In this document: piece after piece, positions 19,621-31,976 of the stretch
How positions within the stretch are numbered: the stretch's first letter is position 1
How the letters are laid out: every line of letters begins with the position of its first letter
Origin: an uncultured bacterium
GTDB lineage: Bacteria > Verrucomicrobiota > Verrucomicrobiia > Limisphaerales > UBA8199
Assembly: GCA_963749495.1 (NCBI GenBank)
Contig: CAVVMW010000022.1
Location: 256,001-320,000, forward strand
Length of the DNA: 64,000 nt
Direction: 5' to 3'
Notes under the pieces: model-generated
Seen by the model: the letters and a program-made list of their open reading frames with translations, nothing else
Told to the model about the DNA's origin: nothing
Database searches by the model: none
Program-made: the position numbers and the translations under genes

Positions 19621-20320
19621 CCATCCCGAAGGGATGGAAATCATTCAGCCCAGGGTTGCGCGGCACGCGCTACCCTGGGTCACGCCCCCGTGACGCACTA
19701 CCCTGGGGAGGGTTTCAGCGCCCGTGCCCAACCTGCTTCAATCCCACAAGTATCGCTCGTCGTATGCGATTTGATGGCGCTTGAGCAGTTCCTTGAACTC
19801 GTCCTGGAACGAGAGTTTGCGATGGCGTTGCTCTTGCTCGGCGATATAGCGTCGCACGTCCTCGATTCGCGACAGGCTGACGGAGAAGACTCCATACCCG
19901 TTCTGCCAGGCAAAATCGGTCATCGTCCGGGCGCGCTCCTTGATCCAGAGAGAGGAACCTCGCTCGAGTTCCTTGACCATTTCGGCGACCGGGCAGGTGC
20001 GTGAGAGGCTGGACAGCAGATGCACGTGGTTCTCGATGCCGCCTCCGATGACCGGATGGCAATCCAGGTGATTGAGGATGCCGCCGAGGTAACGGTGCAT
20101 CTCCTCCCGCAACGGTCGATCGCGCAGGAAGGGTCGGCGCTCTTTGGTCGAGAAAACCGTGTGGACGAGGATTTTGGCCAGCGACTGGGACATGAACGGA
20201 GAATGCAGCGAATGCAAGCGCGATGCAACCCTTTCAGGGTAGTTGGTCAGTGGGCGCGTGACCCAGGGTAGCGCGTGCCGCGCAACCCTGGGCTGAGTGA
20301 TTGCCATCCCTTCGGGATGG
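19621..20320. mobile_element. IS200-like / REP-associated transposase locus bounded by ~65-bp inverted REP-like repeats
   Basis: CCATCCCGAAGGGATGG..CAGCCCAGGGTTGCGCGGCACGCGCTACCCTGGGTCACGC at 19621-19685 is mirrored at 20256-20320. Confidence 0.85.
19738..20193 (-). CDS. tnpA: IS200/IS605-family HUH Y1 transposase
   Basis: MSQSLAKILVHTVFSTKER, NHVHLL (HUH), FAWQNGYGVFSVS, YIAEQEQRH. Confidence 0.92.
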   Translation of the reverse strand: MSQSLAKILVHTVFSTKERRPFLRDRPLREEMHRYLGGILNHLDCHPVIGGGIENHVHLLSSLSRTCPVAEMVKELERGSSLWIKERARTMTDFAWQNGYGVFSVSLSRIEDVRRYIAEQEQRHRKLSFQDEFKELLKRHQIAYDERYLWD

Positions 20321-20389
20321 CGTCCGGCGCATTGTCACGATGCGCGCTGGGGGTGGCCTGGGCGCCAGGCGCCGGGATGCGCCCCAACG

Positions 20390-20418
20390 AAAAGGCCGGG
20401 GAGTGAATCCCCGGCCTT
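20390..20418 (-). terminator. Probable rho-independent terminator of the giant PA14-repeat gene
   Basis: Minus strand AAGGCCGGGGATTCACTCCCCGGCCTTTT. Confidence 0.7.
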
Positions 20419-20511
20419 GGTGAATTGCGCTGGGGGAGCTTGGGCTCCCCCGTTACGAGGCCCGGAGACCACGCCGCTTACGACGCGGGTTCGGGCCCGG
20501 TTGGCATCAGG

Positions 20512-23500
20512 CTAGTACTGGCGCACCCGGAAGAAGCTCCCATGCGTCAGGGGGCTGGGCACGACAGTCGAGGGATTGGCCTGGTACGTGGACTTGAACC
20601 AGGGGCCCTTGAGCGAGTAGGACTCCCAGAGTTCGCCTTCGCCCGTCCAGGAGATGATGACATCGCCGCCAGAGACGACAGGCAGCATCATCACGGCGGC
20701 AGGCAGAGCGCCCGTGGCGTGGACATTGCGCGTGATCCAGGCCTTGACCGGGGAGGACGGGTCATTGATCAGCGTGCGGATGCCGGTGTCAGGATCGATG
20801 ACCATCCACTCGCTGTCGGCATCACCGCCGCCATTTTCCCAGACCATGCGGAACGGATAAACACCCGCCTCCGGGACCTGGACGGTGAAGAAGGTATCCG
20901 AGGCGCCGCGGCCTCCGTCGTATTTGCCGCAGAGCGGGCTGCAATCCTGGGCGGTGATACGGACGATGACCGGGGTGTTGGGCGTGGCGGCCATAACGTT
21001 GGTGAAGCCCTGGTAGGCAGCGTAGATCGTGCTCACGCACGGGATGGCCGGGTCGGGGTTGCTATCGGCACTGCCCCGAATTCCCGGATAGAGGACATCA
21101 CCGGCGTTGTTGCAGCAGATGGCTGCGATGGCCCCGGCCGCTTTAGCCATGCGCGCCTGCGTCTGGAAGTTGCCGTTGTGGAGGAACACGGCGATGTTGC
21201 CATTCACGTCGCTGGCATTGAGCAAGCTGCCGATGCTGGTGGCGTCGGGGGGATTGCAGAGCACCGCGCGGCCGATCATGGGAACCGTGGCCGGCGGGGT
21301 GACGCCGAAGTTGTTCCCGTTCTCGTCATCAACGGTGTTGTACATGGCGGGCAATTCGCCGGCTACGGCCGCCGGGGAGACCACATAGAGCGGGCTCTTG
21401 CCCGGCGCGCCTTGGTCGCCCACAGTGACACGGAAGCCGTCGTCGCTGTTGACGCACATGATATAGGGACCGGCGGCTGGGAATTCCAGGAACGTCTTAA
21501 CCTCATAGGCATCGTTGTCCATCGCGCCAGCCGTGCTGGCGATGCTGGACGGGTTCCAAACGCCCAGACCGGGGATGACGGCGTCCTGATACCCGTCGGC
21601 AGCCTGGAAGGACCCGTTGTTTTCCACGGTCCCGCCGCTGTTCTGGGCGAAGTTGATGACGCCGGGCCACCACATCGCGCCGTTGTTGGTGTAATCCGTC
21701 AGGTCCGCCACGTTGGCGCCATAGAGCCCTTGGAGGGCCATATCGGCAAAGCGGGAGATGTTCTGCCAACTGTTGAAGATGTTGGTGTTGGGGCTCTGGA
21801 AGATCTTCATGGCGAAACCCGAGTTGCTGCCCGAGCCGGGCGGCGTCCAGAGGTTGGTCGAGAGCGTGACCACGTTCCAGGTCGAGACTACGAAGCTCCA
21901 GGAGGCGGTGAAGGGGCCGCCGCCCGAGGTGCTGTAGCTGAAGGTCACATAGTTGCTCGAGCCCGGAGGCAGCGGGTTGGCCAGCGAGACCTTGGTGACG
22001 CCGCTGGCGCTGCTAACCACCGGGGTGACCGCCACGCCATTGACCGTCATGGAGATGCTGCTGGGAGTGACCGTTGTGGAGCCGTCCTGGAGCGTGACGC
22101 TCACGGCATCATTCCGCACGCCGGTTGCGCCGCTCGCAGGCCAGGTACTCGGAGACATAAGCCGGCAAGCTCGGTCCGACGTAGTAGGCGGCAACGTTGA
22201 CGCCCGAGGGCGCGTTGGGGTCGTTGATGAGGAACCGGGTGGAGATCAAGGTCGCCGGGTCAACCGCCCAGACGAACCATTCGCAGTTGAAGCCGCCGCC
22301 GCCGTTCTCCCAGAGCAGGCGAATCGGGTAAGTCCCGGCGTTGGTGACATTGATGAAGAAGTCGGTGTCGGAGGAGCCGCGTCCGCCTTCATAATAGCCG
22401 CAGAGGGTGCTGTTGAGCCAGTCCTTGGGGTTGGCGCCGGCCTTGACGGAGAAGCCGTCATCGCTGTTGACGCCCATTTCATACAAACCGGGCTGGCTGA
22501 AGTTCATGTAGCAGATGACCTCCTCGGCCGAGTTGTCCCATGTGGTGGCGCCGCCGCTGCCGGGGAACACGAGGTCCGGATAGTTGTTCGCAGTGGTGAA
22601 GTTGCCGGCCGTGCCGCTGTTGTTCCAGTTAATCAGCACGTTGGTGCCGCTGCCGGCAAAATCAATATAACCGTGGTCGGTCGCCAGCGAGAGGTCGGCG
22701 AAGTTTTTGCCGTGGGCGCCGGCCATTTGCTCCTCGGTCCAGCGCAGGACCTCGTTGGGCTCGCTGGCGTTGGGCTCGCCGCTGGATTTCCAGGGCCGGA
22801 CCAGCCAGCCAGGCTTGGTGGTGTCCACGCCGGTGACGGCCCAGGCGGGGTTGAGGCCGCCCCAATTCATGACGGTGAAGCTCCAGGAGTTGGTGAAGGT
22901 GCCGCCGCCGGTGCCGGTGGTGGTATAGACCACCATGGCGGTATCACTGCCCTGAGGCAGCAGATACGCGGCAGGCATCTGCGCGGTGGTGACGCCGCTG
23001 GCCTTGGAGATGACGGGGCTGAGCTGCTGGCCATTGATGAAGAGCTTGACGCTGCTGGAACTGACGGTGCTGCCGCCATCGGTCAAGCGCACCTGGAACC
23101 CGGCATTCGGGACGACGCCGCTTGAACCTGGGTACGGCTCGGCCACCGAGATGAAGGCCGGGAGCAGCGGGCCCGAGTAGTAGGCGTAGGCATAGCCGAA
23201 CTCCTTGTTCGGAATGATGCGCGGGTCGTTGAGGAGGGCGGGCGAGCCGGTCGGCTCGACCATGAACCACTTGAGCTCGGCGCCGTTGCCCGGCAGTTCG
23301 CCGTTGCCGTTCTCGTAGATCAGGCGGAACGGGTAAAACCCGGCGTTGGTGACCACGAAGCTGAAGGACGTGGTGGCCTGGCCGCGCCCGCCGTTGTACT
23401 GGCCCAGGACAGTCTGCGTCAGCCAATCCGCCGGATTGGCGCCGGCCGTGACCATGAAGCCGTCGTCGCTATTGACGCCCATCGTGTAGAGGCCGGGATG

Positions 23501-26208
23501 GTCGAAATAGAGGTAACACAGCCCCTCGACGGACATGCTGCCGGTGAGGCCAGTGTTCAGCGCGGGGATGCCAATGAACGCCATGTCCCCATAGTCGTCG
23601 TAGGTCTGGAAGTCCCCCGCCTGGCCCGAAATGTTGAAGTTGATGACGCCGTTGTAATCAGTATAGGTCTGGCTATAGACGTGCTCGTTGAACAGGGTCG
23701 GGTCGACATTGTTGTCCCCTTGGAGGCCGGCCAGTTGCTCCTGGGTGTACTGGATGTTGTTGGGTTGCGCACCCGACTGCCAGGCCCGGATGCGGAAGCC
23801 GGGCTTGGTGGTGTTGACGCCCGTGACGGCCCAGGCCGCGTTCAGGACGGTGAAGCTGGGAACCGTGTAGGACCAGGTGTTGGTGAAGGGCCCGCCGGCC
23901 GAGGTGCTATAGACCAACTGGGCCGTAGCGGAAGCACTCGCAGCCAAGGCAGGAATGACGTAGCCATAGACCGTCGTGACCCCGTTTGTGCTCGTCACGG
24001 TCTGGTCCACCACCGCCGTGCCATTGACCGTCAACTGGGCGCTGCCCGACTTAAAGGTCGTGCCGGCATCGGTAATCTGAGCCGCGACCAGGATCGCGTC
24101 GCCCAAGGTCGAGCCAGGGGTCGGGTATTCCCAGGAGACATAGGCGGGCAGGGTCGGTCCCGCATAATACATCACGATGCCCGTCGTATTGGTCGGGTCC
24201 GGGTCACCGATCAGGGTCCGGATGCCGCTGTCGTTCACAGTGAACCACTCGCAATTGGCGCCGCCCGTCCCATTCTCCCAGACCAGCCGGAACGGGTAGA
24301 TGCCGGCGTTGGTGACGGCAACGTAGAAGTCGGTGTCCCCGGCGTTCCAGCCGCGGCCGCCAGCGCCATTGAATTCGCCAACATTGAGCGCGCCCCAGTC
24401 GGACGGATTCGGGCCGGCGCTCAACATAAAGTTGTCGTCGCTGTCCACGCCCATCTTATAGACGCCGGCGGGGAGCTTGAGGAAGAATTGCATGTCCGCG
24501 GCGCAGTGGTCAATGGCGGCCAACCCGTTGGCGCCCGACGTGAGGCCGGGCCACATGTTGTCGCCATAGCCCGTGGTCGGTGTGAACCAGCCGTCACCTC
24601 CAGCGCCATAGTCCATGTTGATCACGCCGAGCGGGCCCTGGGGGCCTGGGGCGGTTGCAAAGTCGAAAAAGCCATTGTCCTTGAAGGTCGATGTGTCGGC
24701 CTGGTTGGTGCCGTGCAGGCCGGCCAGTTGCTCCTGGGCATACGGGATGATGTTCCATTCAAAACCCGACTGCCAGGTCTTGATGCGGAAGCCGGGCTTG
24801 GTGGTGTCCACCCCGGTGACCGCCCAGGCCGAGTTGACGATGGGGTAGGCCGGGATGACGAAGGAGATCGAGTTGGTGTAACTGCGGCCCAGCGTATCGC
24901 TATACATAAGCGTCCCAGTATTGGTGGAGCCGGCCGGATAGAGGGTCGGGAAGTTGTGCGCGATAATGGTGGTGACGGCGCCGGCCTTCGAGAAGGTAGA
25001 GGAAACCGGGGCGCCATTGATTTCCACGGTAATCGGCTTGTTGGTGGCCACGACGCCAGATGTGCCGGAATCCTCGAGCGTGAATATGCCGCCGTCGGGA
25101 AGGCCCGTAGGAGGGCCGGCGAGCGGGGTGGCGACCGGGAACGTGACGATGTGGACGTTGTCCACCTCGATGTTGGCCGTGTTGCCCCCGACGCGCGAGG
25201 CCATGAGCAGGCGGCCGGCCGAGGGGAACCAGGAGGTCTGGAAGTTAGTCAGGATTTGGGCGTTCTTCCAATAGACGTTGAGAATGTGAGTATTGGTGGC
25301 CATTTCCACCCTCAGGTGCGCCAACTGAGGTTCGTGTCGCAGAAGGTGCCGTTGTAGGGACCGGTCTCGATCGCCGTGGGGTCGGTGGCGGCATTGTTGC
25401 CGTTAGGGTCGGTGGCGTCCAGGGCGTTGCCGTGCTCGTCGTACGTGGTATGGCCGTTGCGGATCTGGGTCGTGCCATTGGGCATGGGGATCGTGGTCTG
25501 GAGCACGTTATCAATGCGGATGTCCAGGCCGATCCCGTCCCAGGTGATGCCCGGGGCCACAAGACCCACTGCGGGCGCCGCGGGCGGGATCGTATAGCCG
25601 CTGCTGTCCCACATGTCGAACCCGATGCTCAGGCCGGTCTGGCACCCTTCCTCGGCCAGGCTGAGGTCTCCGCTGCTACCGTTGTCGGAGAACTGCCCCC
25701 CAAACGAGTCAATGGTGCTCGGGTTATTCATGTTCGCGAACGTGTCCCCCGCGGCGATGGCCAGGAGGACCGGGTCATTGGCGCGAACATAGTTGATGCT
25801 GAAGCCGTCGGCCGGGTTGGGATTGCCATTGCCGATGCGCAGGTCGCACTCGAAGATGAACCCGTCGACGACCAGGCCGCTGTCGAAGTCGTCGAAGATG
25901 ACTCCGCCGATGACGTAGCTGGATGCGGTTCCGCTGCAGTTGGCGCTGGCAAAGGTGATTTGCAGAAAGCCGTCGCCTGCAACGCCCGCGACCGGCCCGT
26001 TGGTTGTGCCGCCGACCGGACCAGCGCCGCCAGTCGTCTGCCAATTGGCGCTGCCTACTCGGGATATCGAGGTGCCATCCCACAGGCTGCCGCCGAAGTT
26101 CAGGATCGGAGTTGGATCCGTGTTGAAGTTGTACAAATGATCGGATGCTTGTGCCGTAGCTGCGCCGAGCAGCCCCAGCCCAAGCATCAATAATGTCTTC
26201 TTGAGCAT
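20512..26208 (-). CDS. Giant secreted protein (~1900 aa) with a lectin-like N-terminus and four PA14-like repeats; split by frameshifts near 25315 and 22150
   Basis: Signal peptide MLKKTLLMLGLGLLGAATAQA; PADGFSINY; four (G/C)V(N/D)SDD(G/N)F...YP(F/I)R..(W/Y)ENG modules; C-terminal FFRVRQY. Confidence 0.8.
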
Positions 26209-26456
26209 GTGTCTTGTCCTTTCTAGCTAGTGCTTACAGGTGTGGTTCACTGAGTCGTTGCTGTTCCAAACGCCCCATCGGGGGCAACACCAAACCGGGC
26301 GGAAAAACCGGTTTTTCCGGGTCTTAGGGTCTGCCCTATGCCGCCGCCATTGGGGTGGATTTCCAGTTAATCAAAGAGCAGAGGAAAAAGCAAGCAAATT
26401 TTTGACGAATTTTTTGGCGGGGGCGGAAGCAGGTGTTGGCGCCTGCTTGGGAGGGG

Positions 26457-28807
26457 TCAGTGCGGCGGGTTGGCGGCCTGCAGTTTGCGGAGGTAATCGC
26501 GGGCTTCGGGGTTGTGCGGGTCGAGGCGGGCGGCCTCTTCGAGGTGGCGCCGGGCATTTTCGAGGTCGCGTTGTTTGGCCAGGGCGACGCCGAGGTTGAG
26601 GTGCGCCATGGCGTAGCCGGGTTTGAGGCGGAGGGTTTCCTCGAATTCCTTTTGGGCTTCGGGGGTTTGGCCGGAGAAGGCCAGTTCCTCGCCCAGGGCG
26701 TAGTGAGCTTCCCAATAATCTGGCCGCAACTGGATGGCGTGTTGAAGGTTCAGGATGGCCTCGGGCTGGAGCTGGAGCCTGGAGAGGGCCTTGCCGATGT
26801 GGTAATAGGCGCGAGGGTCGTGGGGCGCCAGTTGGCGCAGGCGCTCGTAGTCTTTGAGCGCCAGCTCGGGACGGCGCTCCAGGGCGCAGAGGTTTCCCAA
26901 TTCGAGCCAGCCTTCCGCCAGGTCGGGGCGCAATGTCACGGCTTGGGAGAGCAGGGCGCGGCCGGGCTGGATTTTGCCCTGGCGGACGAGCAGCCGGCCG
27001 GCCTGGAAATAGGCCGCATGGTGCTGGGGGATGAGTTGGCGCACGCGCTGCCACTCGGCCACCGCCTCGGGCAGGTTGCCGACGGCCTCGAGGAACTGGG
27101 CGAAGTTCTCGTGGAGGCGGTGATCGTCGGGGTCCAGTTTCAAGGCAGCCAGGTAGGTTTGGCGGGCGCGGTCGGCGGCGGGGCCGTCCAGGCGCAGGCG
27201 CAGGGCCTGGAGCTGGCCGCGTATCTGCTCGATCTGCTGTGTATGGTCGAGCTGCCCGGTGAAGGGCGGCTGGGAGAGGCGCTGGAGGAGGTCCTCGAGG
27301 ATGGCGCAACGGTTCCAATCCGTCAGCCCCAGCCGCTGCTCGCACACCTCCTGCGAGGCCCAGGCGGCCCCCGCATGGTTGGTCGCGGAGGCGGGCAGCA
27401 ACCGCAGGACCTCTTGCGCCCAGGCTCGCCCCAGCAGGTAGTTGCCCTGGGGATTGAAATGGACGTGTTCGTAAAAGGCCTCGCGCCCGGGAACGCCCGC
27501 CGGGCTGTTGGTGGCCAAGAGTTGAGCCGCATCGCAAAAGACCAGGCCCGGGCCGGCCCAGCGGCGGGCGGCCTGGGCGATGATGGCGTTGAGGCGCGAA
27601 TCGGCGCGGAAGGGCAGGGCGTCATTGTCCCGCGCCACTTCGAGATGGGCTCGGGCAGAATGGAGCTGGGTGGAGAGTTGCAGCAGGCACTGGCCCCAGA
27701 GGTAGTGGAGTTCGGCCGAGCCGGCATCGATGCGGGCGGCCTGCTCGTACTTGGCCGCGGCGGCGGAGAAGTCGCCAGCCTGGGCGGCGTGGCCGGCCTT
27801 GGCACAAAGCGCGTCATAGGCCAGGCGGCCGGTCTGGTTGAGGGCGGGGTCCTGCAGCGAGGCGAAGGGAGGGCAGTCCTTGAGGTTGACCGCCACGGTG
27901 CACAGGACAATCGGCACGCCCTTGCTCCGGCCTGTCTGCAGAATGTCCTGGAGGTTCCTGCGGAAATTCGAATAGACGACTTGCTTTCGAGGGTCGCGCG
28001 GGGCGATCCGGCTTTCCATGAACATTTGCATGCCGCCCCAGGAGGGGGGATGGTTGCCGGAGCCGGCCAGGGCGCGGGCCAGGGCCATCAGGAGCTGGCC
28101 CAGGCGGGTCTGTTGGATAGCCAGGCCCAGGCGCGCGTTCCACAGAGGCGGGGATTGCGACCCGAAGACGGTGGTGGCGCCGAACGGGCCGACCATCTCG
28201 TTGTTGCCCATGTAGAGAATCCAGAGGTCGCCCTGGCGCCGGGCGCATTCGCGGGCAATCGGGAGCAGGGCATGGGAGTTGATGGCCGTGACGGCGCCGC
28301 AGATGACCTCGAACTGCGTGTCGGGCAACCGCTCCCGGAGCAGTGCCTGGAGGCAGCGGCCGGGCCCGTAGGCAGGGCGGGGGTCGCCCAGGGCGGCAGA
28401 TTCGCCCAGCAGGAAGATGCGCCGAACCCCCGGCCCCTTGTTGGCCTTCATCACGACCGGGGCCGGACTGCGCGCCAGCTCAGGCGGAAAAAACCTCAAG
28501 CCGAATTTGTCGTTGTCGACGAAGTAGTCTTCGTTGCCGATGCGGATGCGTTTGAAAAAGGCGGTGGGATAGCCATAGCCGGCCAGGCGCAAGGCAACCT
28601 CGGCCCCGGCCAGCAGCAGCAGCGGCAGCACCACGAATCCCACCACGCTGAACAACCACTTGCGCGCCTGCGAAAGCGGGGCCGCGGGGCCCCCTCCGGC
28701 GCAGGGGGACTGCGACGTCCGCCCTCCGGCGAAGGGTCCGGACCTGCGCCACTGGAGGCCAGCGTGGCTTCCTTTGGCTTTTTCGCTTTCGATTGATCTC
28801 GGTTCAC
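26457..28807 (-). CDS. Membrane-anchored SGNH-like + tetratricopeptide repeat protein; start uncertain
   Basis: TM helix, RIFLLGESAALG, YMGNNEMVG, FYEHVHFNPQGNY, C-terminal TPRs. Confidence 0.8.
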
Positions 28808-28989
28808 GCGCGCTGCGCTTTCGCTTTTCTTCGGTGGCCGAGGCTGGCCCCAGCCCCTGCGAGCCCAGGGTTTGCCGGCCAGTGGCCAGTTTAGCGTTCG
28901 GCGAGGGCGGCGCGCAAAGGGAAAAGGGCGCCCCCAATCCTCGCCTAGAGTCCTTGAATTTCAAAACGTGATGCAGAGAGGTCAAGTTT

Positions 28990-29040
28990 GTGGCACGGGC
29001 ATCCTGCCCGTGAGGGCTTGGGCAGGATGCCCGAGCCACG
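28990..29040. repeat. REP-like inverted repeat
   Basis: GTGGCACGGGCATCCTGCCC...GGGCAGGATGCCCGAGCCAC. Confidence 0.75.
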
Positions 29041-29351
29041 GTCTGAGGCCCAGCCTCGCTAGAGCTTTTTTGAGAACCACGGAACACACGGAACACACGG
29101 AAAAAGGCCCCTTTCCGTGTATTCCGGTTCCGTGGTTCTCTATCTTCTCTCGATTGGCATGGCGGGCCTTCGGCCCCGGGGCGTATCCTGGCACCGCCCC
29201 CGCCGACTGCGGCGAGATCGGGGGTGCGCCCGCCAAGAAGGGGTCGGCCCTTTGGGCTTGACCTGGCTGGAGGCTCGGCTTAACAGAGGGCACCGTCGTG
29301 CCGCCCCGGAGAAACCAGGCAACGATCCAAAAAACCTCTTTCCCGAGAAAT

Positions 29352-30829
29352 ATGATCACCGCTCGCTCGAATCGAAACAGACTGCGGACCGGCTGGCGCC
29401 AGTCGTTGATTGCGTTTGCGGCCGTCCTGGCGCTGGGCGGGTGTGCCTGGGTGCACGCCCAGCCGCGAGGCGCAGGGCAGGGCCGGACCGTTGCGGGCAT
29501 CGAGCCGCTGCTGACTCCACCCACCGCCCTGGATGCCTACGCAGCCGCGCCGGATACCAACTACAATTTCCACGTGGTCTCCAGCATTCCGGGCAAGGAG
29601 CAGACCACGTATATCCTGGAGATGACCTCGCAGGCCTGGCTCACGACCAACGAAGTGGACCGGCCGTTGTGGAAGCATTGGCTGGTGGTAGTGCGGCCCA
29701 AGGAGGTGGCCCACGCGCAGTCGCTGCTCTTCATCGGGGGCGGCGCCAATAACGGTGCCCCGCCCAAGGGGCCGGCGGCAACCTGACGCGCATCGCGGAG
29801 GAGACCAAATCCGTCGTGAGCGAACTGAGGATGGTGCCCAATCAGCCGCTGGTCTTCGCGGGAGAGACCCAGGGACGCTCCGAGGACGCGCTGATCGCAC
29901 ACACGTGGGACAAATTCCTGCGGACCGGCAACCCCAAGTGGCCGGCGCGGCTGCCGATGACCAAGGCGGCCATCCGCGCCATGGACACGGTCAGCGCCTT
30001 TTGCGCCGGCCCGGAAGCGGGGAACGTGAAACTGGATGGGTTTGTGGTGGCGGGCGGTTCGAAACGGGGCTGGACCACTTGGACGACGGCGGCGGTGGAC
30101 AGGCGGGTCGTGGCGATTGTGCCGATTGTCATCAACGTGCTCAACATCGAGCCTTCGATGCTGCACCATTATGCCGCCTACGGGTTCTGGGCGCCGTCCA
30201 TCGGCGACTACACCGCCTTGGGGATCATGGATTGGAACGGAACGTCCGAGTACCGGGCCTTGATGAAGATCGAGGAGCCCTTCCAATACCGCCGCCGGTT
30301 CACCATGCCCAAGTTCATCATCAACGCCTGCGGCGACCAGTTTTTCCTCCCGGATTCCTCGCAGTTCTATTTCGACCAGTTGCCCGGGGTCAAGTACCTG
30401 CGCTACGTCCCCAACGCCGACCACTCGCTCAAGGGCTCCGACGCTTCCGAGACTCTGCTGGCCTGCTACAACGCCGTCATTAACCGCCTTGCGCTGCCCC
30501 GCTTCACTTGGGGGCGGGGCAAGGACGGCTCGCTCCGCGTCAGGGCGCAGGATAAGCCGGCGGAGGTCAAATTGTGGCAGGCAACCAACCCGGACGCGCG
30601 CGATTTCCGCCTCGAGACCTTCGGGCCTCAATGGCAGAGCGCCCCCTTGCCCGATCAAGGCGGCGGCGTCTATGTGGCAAGGCTCCCGCGCCCCGCCAAA
30701 GGCTGGACCGCCTTCATGATCGAGTTGACTTTTCCCAGCGGCTGCCAGGTCCCCTTCAAGTTCACCACCCAGGTGAGCGTGGTGCCCGACACGCTGCCCT
30801 ATAAATTCGTGCCCAAGGCAAGGCCGTGA
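29352..30829 (+). CDS. PhoPQ-activated pathogenicity-related (PqaA-like) alpha/beta hydrolase; frameshift near 29770
   Basis: MTSQAWL, WKHWL, VPNQPL, RLPMTKAAIRAMD, GGSKRGWTTW, DQFFLPD. Confidence 0.9.
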
Positions 30830-30891
30830 CGAGGGGCCAAGGGGCGAGGGGCGGACCTTAGGGGCTTTCCATGAACCTCCGAGGTCCGCAA

Positions 30892-30972
30892 GGTTTTGGA
30901 CTGCGGCAGTCCTCTGCCGCTTTCGCGTCCCCAGGGTCCAAAGAGCGGCAGAGGACTGCCGCAGTCCAAAAC
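30892..30972. repeat. REP-like inverted repeat between convergent genes
   Basis: GTTTTGGACTGCGGCAGTCCTCTGCCGCT...AGCGGCAGAGGACTGCCGCAGTCCAAAAC; a half copy recurs at ~61470-61499. Confidence 0.85.
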
Positions 30973-31024
30973 GCTCCGCGTCCGGCGACACCCGTTCGGT
31001 TCGGGGTCCGGATGCGCGATCCTT

Positions 31025-31840
31025 TCATGCGGCGGACCTGCGAAAAAAGTCCTCGGCCGTGCGGCAGGTGGCGGCGCTGAGTTCCTCGAGCGAGCAGCCT
31101 TTGACCTGGGCCGCCACAGCGGCGGTCTCTTTCACGTAAGCCGGTTCGCAGCGCTTGCCGCGGTAGGGCTCCGGGGCCAGGTAGGGACAGTCGGTCTCCA
31201 ACATGAACCGGTCCATGGGTGTGGCGGCCAGTGCGTCGCGCGCGTTTTGGCCGTTTTTGAAAGTGAGAATGCCGGTGTAACTGACCAGCGAGCCCAGCGC
31301 CAGGACCCGGCCCAGAGCGGGGGCATCGCCGGCAAAACAATGAAAGACCCCGCGCACCCGGTCGGCGAATGGCTGCAACTGCGCCAGGGTGTCATCGAAC
31401 GAGTTGCGCTGGTGGATGACGCAATTGAGCGCCAACTCGGCGGCGACCTCGAGGTGCTGCCGGAATAGCCGCGCCTGTTTCTGCTTGTAAGGCTCGTCGG
31501 CGGCGGCGGTGAAGCCGTGCTGCCGGCTCGGCAGGCGATAGTAATCGAGCCCCGTCTCGCCCAGGGCGACGACTTTGGGGTGCCGGGCCAGTTCTCGCAG
31601 CGCCGGCCTCCAGTCCTCCGGCGCCTCGGGGGCGTCGGAGGGGTGCCAGCCCACAACGGCGGAAACGGCGGGGAATTGCTCGGCCAATTCGAGGGCCCGG
31701 CGGCTGCTGGCCAGGTCTGTGGCGATGCACACCAACCGGGCGATGCCCGCCGCTTGGGCGCGCTCGATCACCTGCTCGAGGTCCGCGGCAAACGCCCGGT
31801 CACCCAGGTGGGCGTGGGTGTCGTAAAAGGTTGGTGGCAT
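31025..31840 (-). CDS. tatD: TatD family deoxyribonuclease
   Basis: DTHAHL, GWHP, ALGETGLDYY, IHQR, VFHCF, LETDCPYLAP. Confidence 0.93.
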   Translation of the reverse strand: MPPTFYDTHAHLGDRAFAADLEQVIERAQAAGIARLVCIATDLASSRRALELAEQFPAVSAVVGWHPSDAPEAPEDWRPALRELARHPKVVALGETGLDYYRLPSRQHGFTAAADEPYKQKQARLFRQHLEVAAELALNCVIHQRNSFDDTLAQLQPFADRVRGVFHCFAGDAPALGRVLALGSLVSYTGILTFKNGQNARDALAATPMDRFMLETDCPYLAPEPYRGKRCEPAYVKETAAVAAQVKGCSLEELSAATCRTAEDFFRRSAA

Positions 31841-31857
31841 AGGGCCTCGGATTCCGG

Positions 31858-31962
31858 ACCTTTGTCGCGGCCTTTGTCGCAGCCTTTGTCGAAAGATGGC
31901 CAAGCCGATAAAGCTTGCGACAAACCTTGCGACAAAGGTTTCGACAAAGGTTTCGACAAAGG
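31858..31962. repeat. 12-bp tandem/inverted repeat family (CCTTTGTCGCRG)n...(CGACAAAGG)n; further copies at ~36347-36420, 38072-38128, 41851-41935, 45707-45765
   Basis: Direct reading; all five copies are intergenic or at gene ends. Confidence 0.9.
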
Positions 31963-31976
31963 TGCCGGCAAAGTTG

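Noticed and set aside
12681..28796. Long antisense ORFs (for example 12681-14297, 14516-16120, 20425-22200, 23498-25357, 26433-28796)
   Set aside because: Shadow frames of real GC-rich genes on the opposite strand, with no recognisable motifs.
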